From an uncultured Pseudomonadota bacterium (GTDB lineage Bacteria > Pseudomonadota > Alphaproteobacteria > RF32 > CAG-239), in the NCBI GenBank assembly GCA_949289935.1, contig CASEQD010000001.1:81375-145374 (forward strand): a stretch of DNA of 64,000 nt. The letters run 5' to 3'. Both the position numbers and the translations under genes were made by a program. Shown here in pieces: positions 58,935 through 64,000 of this stretch; position 1 is the stretch's first letter, and every line of letters starts with the position of its first letter. The notes beneath the pieces were generated by a model. It did not search any database, had not been told where the DNA came from, and saw only the letters and a list, made by a program, of their open reading frames with translations.

Positions 58935-60467
58935 TTACTTAATCAACAAAGATTTTCCAGTCATTTCTTCCGGCTGTGCAATGCCCAACAAATCAAGCAG
59001 CGTCGGAGAAACATCCGCTAATTTTCCGTCACGCAGGCCTTTTATCTGAGGCCGGGCATTAAACAACACGGCACGGACTTTTCCGACAGTATGCGCCGTA
59101 TAAGGCGCGCCGGTTGTTTCATCAACCATTTTTTCGACATTGCCATGATCAGCCGTGATAAACAGTACGCCACCGGCTTTCTTTATGGCAGAGGCAACGC
59201 GTCCGACACATTCGTCCACCGCAGCCACGGCTTTCAACGCCGCATCCATAATGCCGGTGTGTCCCACCATATCGCCATTGGCAAAATTGCAGATAATCAC
59301 GTCAAAACGTTGATTTTCAATAGCATCTACCAGTTTATCCGTTACTTCATATACGGACATTTCCGGCTTCAAATCGTAAGTTGCCACCTTCGGACTGGGA
59401 ACAAGTATGCGTTCTTCGCCTTTGAATTCCCGCTCTTCTCCGCCATTAAAGAAAAATGTTACATGTGCATATTTTTCGGTTTCGGCAATACGAAGCTGAG
59501 TCAGTCCGTGTTCAGCCACCACTTCACCAAAAATGTTGTTTAAAGCCTCCGGTTCGAAAATTGTTTTCATAAACCGGCGGTGGTCGGCCGAATATTCCGT
59601 CATGCCGACACATTCGGAGAAGAGAATCGTTTTTTTGCGACTAAAACCGTTGAAGTCTTTATCTCCCAAGGCATATAAAATTTCACGGGCACGGTCAGCG
59701 CGGAAATTACACATCAATACGACGTCTCCGTCCTCCGCTCCGCCATAATCTCCAACTATGCAGGGAACCACAAACTCGTCATTGACACCGTTTTTATAAG
59801 AAGTTTCAATCGCCGACACGGCCGAATCTGCATGCCCGCCTTCTCCGGAAACAATTGCATTATAAGCAGCTTCTACTCTGTCCCAGCGCTTATCCCTATC
59901 CATAGCATAGAATCGCCCGGACACCGTTGCTATATTCACGTTTTTCAAAGAAGCCGTGTTTTTTTCAAACGCCGCAACATAGCCTGCAGCCGATGCCGGC
60001 GGCGTATCACGGCCGTCAAGAAAAGCATGAACTTTTACGGGAATGCCGTTTTCTGCCAAAACCGCACAAACCGCCTCAATATGTTTTTGAGAAGAATGAA
60101 CACCGCCCGGAGACATCAATCCCATCACATGGCAGCTTTTGCCGTTTTTTTTCAAAACATCAATCAATTCCGTCAAAACCGGATTTTTTTTAATCGAACC
60201 GTCTTTTATTGCCTGGTCAATCCGCGGAAGTTCCTGCATGACAACACGTCCCGCACCGAGATTCATATGCCCGACTTCGGAATTTCCCATCTGTCCCTCA
60301 GGCAGTCCGACCGCCAGCCCCGATGTCTCTACAAAACATGTCGGACATTCACTGACAAGTTTATGCCAGTTGGGCGTATGTCCTTGTTCAATGGCATTGT
60401 CTTCGGTAATTTTTTCACGATAGCCCCAGCCGTCAAGCACCAAAAGCATTACAGGTTTTTGCGTCAT
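58935..60467 (-). CDS. gpmI: 2,3-BPG-independent phosphoglycerate mutase
   Basis: LDGWG, MGNSEVGH, AETEKYAHVT, DMVGHTG. Confidence 0.97.
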   Translation of the reverse strand: MTQKPVMLLVLDGWGYREKITEDNAIEQGHTPNWHKLVSECPTCFVETSGLAVGLPEGQMGNSEVGHMNLGAGRVVMQELPRIDQAIKDGSIKKNPVLTELIDVLKKNGKSCHVMGLMSPGGVHSSQKHIEAVCAVLAENGIPVKVHAFLDGRDTPPASAAGYVAAFEKNTASLKNVNIATVSGRFYAMDRDKRWDRVEAAYNAIVSGEGGHADSAVSAIETSYKNGVNDEFVVPCIVGDYGGAEDGDVVLMCNFRADRAREILYALGDKDFNGFSRKKTILFSECVGMTEYSADHRRFMKTIFEPEALNNIFGEVVAEHGLTQLRIAETEKYAHVTFFFNGGEEREFKGEERILVPSPKVATYDLKPEMSVYEVTDKLVDAIENQRFDVIICNFANGDMVGHTGIMDAALKAVAAVDECVGRVASAIKKAGGVLFITADHGNVEKMVDETTGAPYTAHTVGKVRAVLFNARPQIKGLRDGKLADVSPTLLDLLGIAQPEEMTGKSLLIK

Positions 60468-60553
60468 TTCTTTTGTCCTTTTAATTCCATTAAATTTGCT
60501 GGTTCGTATTATATATAATAATTTCAAACATAAAAGCCTTATTTTGATTTTAT

Positions 60554-62353
60554 TTAATCTGTTTCTGACATAATTTTTTGCCATATCTGCGCCGGAAGAC
60601 CGCTGCCGCCGATGCCTTTCATCGGCGTGTTGTCATCATTACCCACCCAGACGGCCGCAACGTATTTATCGGTAAATCCGACAAACCAGGCATCTCTGTT
60701 ATCTTGCGAAGTGCCGGTTTTTCCGGCGGCAAAAAACGGCAAACGGGCTCTTTTTCCCGTTCCTTCATTGATGACTCTTTCCAGCATTTCGGTCATTTCT
60801 TCCGCTGCATAGTCAATAATTATACGCGTCGGCTCATCCGGTTCTCTCATATACAACTGATAGCCGTCCCGACTGTAAATTTCTTGAATGGCATGCGGCC
60901 AGACGGCATAACCGCCGTTTGCCACCGAAGCATAAGCTACGGCCATATCAATTACTTTTACTTCAAAAGCCCCCAAAGCCAACGACGGCGTATTTTCTAT
61001 CGTTGTGGTTATTCCCATACGTTTGGCCTGACGAATGATTTTCGATCGGCCGACGGCTTCCGACAAATTAATCGTCGCCAGGTTCAAAGATTTTGCCAAC
61101 GCTGTTTTTAACGTTACTTCGCCATAATATTTTTTATCAATGTTTTGCGGCTTCCATCCTTTTATGTCAACAGGCACGTCATAAACCACATCATTTGGAG
61201 AATAGCCGTTCTCCAGCGCCGTCAGGTAAACAAACATCTTAAACGACGATCCCGGCTGGCGCAGCGCCTGTGTTGCCCGGTTAAACTGACTTTTGTAATA
61301 ATCCACGCCACCAACCATGGCTTTAACCGCTCCCTGCTTGTCCAAAACGACGACCGCACCCTGAGTAACATTGCGTTTTTTATTGGCTGCAATCATTTCC
61401 CGAAGAATTTTTTCGGCTTTTTCCTGAAGGTTCTGATCCAATGTTGTGGCAACATAGATATCGACGTCCCGTTCGCCGATATAATCATTTACTTCGCCAT
61501 ACACCCAGTCGGCAAAATATTCTCCGCCCTCAACTTTGTAAGAGACATCTTCTCCGATTTTCATTTTCAGGGCATTTTTACGCTGTTCATCGGTTATTTT
61601 GTCGTTTTTTACCATATTATCAAGGACAACGGCCGCCCGTTCGCGCGCCCGTTCCTCACCCGCAATCGGATTATAACGCGACGGCGCTTTTAACATACCG
61701 GCAATTATTGACGCTTCAAGCAAGTTCAAATCCCGGGAAGATTTTTGAAAATATTTTTGAGAAGCCGCTTCTATACCATATGTTCCCGAACCAAGATAAA
61801 CTCTGTTCAAATAGAGCGTGAGGATTTGTTCTTTGCTGAGTTTGTTTTCCAGCCAAAAAGCCAAAAGAAGTTCCTGAACTTTGCGCTTTATGGTTTTGTT
61901 TGAAGTCAGGAAAAGATTTTTTGCAACCTGCTGGGTTATGGTCGATCCTCCCTGCACATAGCTCCGGTGCCACAGATTGACAATCATGGCCCGCGTGAAA
62001 CTGACAATATCAAAGCCAAAATGAGAATAGAAACGCCGGTCTTCCGTTGAAATAACGGCATCCGCCACATAAGGCGGCAATTCTTCAAGCGGCACAACTT
62101 CCGAATAAACATTTCCGAAGCTTTGAATTTCATTGCCGTTTTCGGCAATAATCATGGTTGAAGGCTGCCGGGTGCGGTTTATGGCTTTTTCCATATCCGG
62201 AAGCGTGAAAAAACACCAGGCAACATATGTCCCTAAAGTTATCACCAAAAACATAAAAAATTTAAACAGCAGCCAAAACATTTTAACTCTTTGTTTTGAC
62301 TCTCTTTTTTTTGTTTTTTTCTTGTTTTTCTTATGGTTAGCTTTTTTTGCCAC
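60554..62353 (-). CDS. Class A penicillin-binding protein (PBP1A family)
   Basis: EDRRF, GGSTITQQ, RQPGSSFK, SLN, KTGT. Confidence 0.94.
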   Translation of the reverse strand: MAKKANHKKNKKKTKKRESKQRVKMFWLLFKFFMFLVITLGTYVAWCFFTLPDMEKAINRTRQPSTMIIAENGNEIQSFGNVYSEVVPLEELPPYVADAVISTEDRRFYSHFGFDIVSFTRAMIVNLWHRSYVQGGSTITQQVAKNLFLTSNKTIKRKVQELLLAFWLENKLSKEQILTLYLNRVYLGSGTYGIEAASQKYFQKSSRDLNLLEASIIAGMLKAPSRYNPIAGEERARERAAVVLDNMVKNDKITDEQRKNALKMKIGEDVSYKVEGGEYFADWVYGEVNDYIGERDVDIYVATTLDQNLQEKAEKILREMIAANKKRNVTQGAVVVLDKQGAVKAMVGGVDYYKSQFNRATQALRQPGSSFKMFVYLTALENGYSPNDVVYDVPVDIKGWKPQNIDKKYYGEVTLKTALAKSLNLATINLSEAVGRSKIIRQAKRMGITTTIENTPSLALGAFEVKVIDMAVAYASVANGGYAVWPHAIQEIYSRDGYQLYMREPDEPTRIIIDYAAEEMTEMLERVINEGTGKRARLPFFAAGKTGTSQDNRDAWFVGFTDKYVAAVWVGNDDNTPMKGIGGSGLPAQIWQKIMSETD

Positions 62354-62422
62354 GGTTTTTTCCTTGCGTCGAATCCTGTTTCAGCGTATATATAATATCG
62401 TAAACAGGTTAAGGAAAATTTT

Positions 62423-62623
62423 ATGAATCATATTTCCGTTGACATCAGCGGTGAAATTTATTCCCGTTTGAAAGAAATTGCCCGGGAAGAAGGCTGCAGC
62501 CCGGAAGAGTGTCTGACGACCGCACTGACAGAATATATTGTTTCCCGGCAAGACAATTATCTGACAGATATGAATGCCGTCAACAGGGTTGAACGTGCTT
62601 TTTTTCTTTCTGCCGGAGAATAA
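62423..62623 (+). CDS. Small ribbon-helix-helix-like protein
   Basis: ISVDISGEIYSRLKEIAREEG.S...L..ALTEY. Confidence 0.6.
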   Translation: MNHISVDISGEIYSRLKEIAREEGCSPEECLTTALTEYIVSRQDNYLTDMNAVNRVERAFFLSAGE

Positions 62624-62656
62624 GTTTCTGTTTTTTATTTTTATCTGCAGGTGATT

Positions 62657-64000
62657 ATGACCAAAAAAGTTTGTCTGATAGACGGATCCGGATATATTTT
62701 CCGGGCATTCTACGGTTTGCCAATGATGACTTCTCCGGAAGGAACGCCGGTTAATGCCGTGTATGGTTTTACCAATATGTTTTTGAAACTGACAACCCAG
62801 ATTAAATGTGATTATTGTCTGGTTTTATTTGACGCCAAAAGGAAAAATTTCAGAAACGATTTCTTTGCCGAATATAAAGGAACCCGCAAGGATATTCCCG
62901 AAGAGCTGATTCCACAGTTTCCGATTATCCGGGAAGCCGTTGATGCATTAAATCTCAATTATCTGGAAATGGAAGGCTATGAAGCCGATGATTTGATTGC
63001 CACTTATGCCCGACAAGCCACGGACAAAGGATATGAAGCGGTGGTTGTTTCCGCAGACAAAGATCTGATGCAGCTTATCCGTCCCGGCGTGGAATATTAT
63101 GATCCGATGAAAGACAAATTTTTTACACCAGAAGACGTAAAAGAAAAATTCGGCGTTTATCCCGAGAGGGTCGTTGATGTTCAGGCTCTGGCCGGCGACA
63201 GCACGGACAATGTTCCGGGAGTTCCGGGAATCGGCTTAAAAACGGCGGCCGAGCTCGTCAACCTGTTCGGTTCGCTGACGGAAGTCCTTGACCATGCAGC
63301 AGAAATCAAGCAGAACAAACGTCGTGAAACTTTGCTGAACAACCGGGAAAACGCCGAAATTTCTTTAAAACTTGTTACATTGAAAGACAATGTTCCGGTT
63401 GAGCATGATATTGAAACTTTTCACTGCAAAAAGCCTGATATTGATGTTTTACAGGCTTTTGCCGACAAATATACTTTTCGCACGCTGAAACCAAGGCTGC
63501 AAAAATGGGCTGAAGAAATGTGCTGCCGACCCAATTATGCCGAAACAGGCAAAGACGCATCCGAAGCACCGAAAACAATACCCGAGCCTCAAAAAAATTA
63601 TGAGCTCGTACAAGATGAAGAAACTTTAAAAAAATGGATATCTTTGATAAAGAAACAACGTTTGTTTGCTTTTGATACCGAAACAGACGGACTCAATCCT
63701 TTTTTTAACAAAATTGTCGGCATGTCGATGGCCGTTGCTCCGGGACGAGCCTGTTATATTCCGATTGCGCACGAGCTTTCCTCAGGCGGCGATTTGTTCA
63801 GCAATTCGGAAAAAAAACAGGTTTTGAGCCAGCTTTCGCCGGAAATTCTAAAAAAACATCTGCTACCGCTGTTTGTTTCAAAATCTATTTTAAAAATCGG
63901 GCATAACGCTAAATTTGACATGCATTTTCTTGCTCAGATTTTCGGCAGAGACGTTGAGATTTTTCCTTTGGACGACACCTGCGTCATGTCTTATGATCTG
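62657..64000 (+). CDS. polA: DNA polymerase I (3' end outside the window)
   Basis: MTKKVCLIDGSGYIFRAFYGLP...GYEADD...DKDL...GDSTDNVPGVPGIG...FDTET; not in the ORF track because no stop falls in the window. Confidence 0.96.
   Translation, partial: MTKKVCLIDGSGYIFRAFYGLPMMTSPEGTPVNAVYGFTNMFLKLTTQIKCDYCLVLFDAKRKNFRNDFFAEYKGTRKDIPEELIPQFPIIREAVDALNLNYLEMEGYEADDLIATYARQATDKGYEAVVVSADKDLMQLIRPGVEYYDPMKDKFFTPEDVKEKFGVYPERVVDVQALAGDSTDNVPGVPGIGLKTAAELVNLFGSLTEVLDHAAEIKQNKRRETLLNNRENAEISLKLVTLKDNVPVEHDIETFHCKKPDIDVLQAFADKYTFRTLKPRLQKWAEEMCCRPNYAETGKDASEAPKTIPEPQKNYELVQDEETLKKWISLIKKQRLFAFDTETDGLNPFFNKIVGMSMAVAPGRACYIPIAHELSSGGDLFSNSEKKQVLSQLSPEILKKHLLPLFVSKSILKIGHNAKFDMHFLAQIFGRDVEIFPLDDTCVMSYDL

Overview
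Chromosomal segment, most likely from a gut-type Alphaproteobacterium; this taxonomic call is inferred from gene content and order only. Positions 1.5-10.7 kb hold a type IVb (R64 pil/BFP/TCP-like) pilus operon ending in a pilin with an unusual G|RSMVE cleavage site. Most of the rest is housekeeping: rsmE, cmk, rpsA, tRNA-Arg, gpt, tsaB, mutM, rpsT, dnaA-dnaN-recF, accD, ihfB, rmuC, accA, yejAB-like, rppH, ctpA, envC, gpmI, PBP1A and polA. Notable items: (1) a 101-bp structured element, 97/101 identical between copies and embedded in REP-like palindromes, found once just after the pilin and once just before a secreted Cys-rich protein. (2) That protein ends like a DGR (diversity-generating retroelement) variable region and sits directly upstream of a stand-alone PilT-like ATPase. 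(3) Three ~144-bp hairpin-forming tandem repeats lie between rpsT and dnaA. (4) An RquA homologue coexists with a catalytically eroded UbiB and no ubiE at its usual position. (5) A TerY-P triad preceded by an unannotated 42-aa lipoprotein. (6) A DivL-like protein lacking its kinase domains. All family calls come from motif recognition by eye; no database searches were run.
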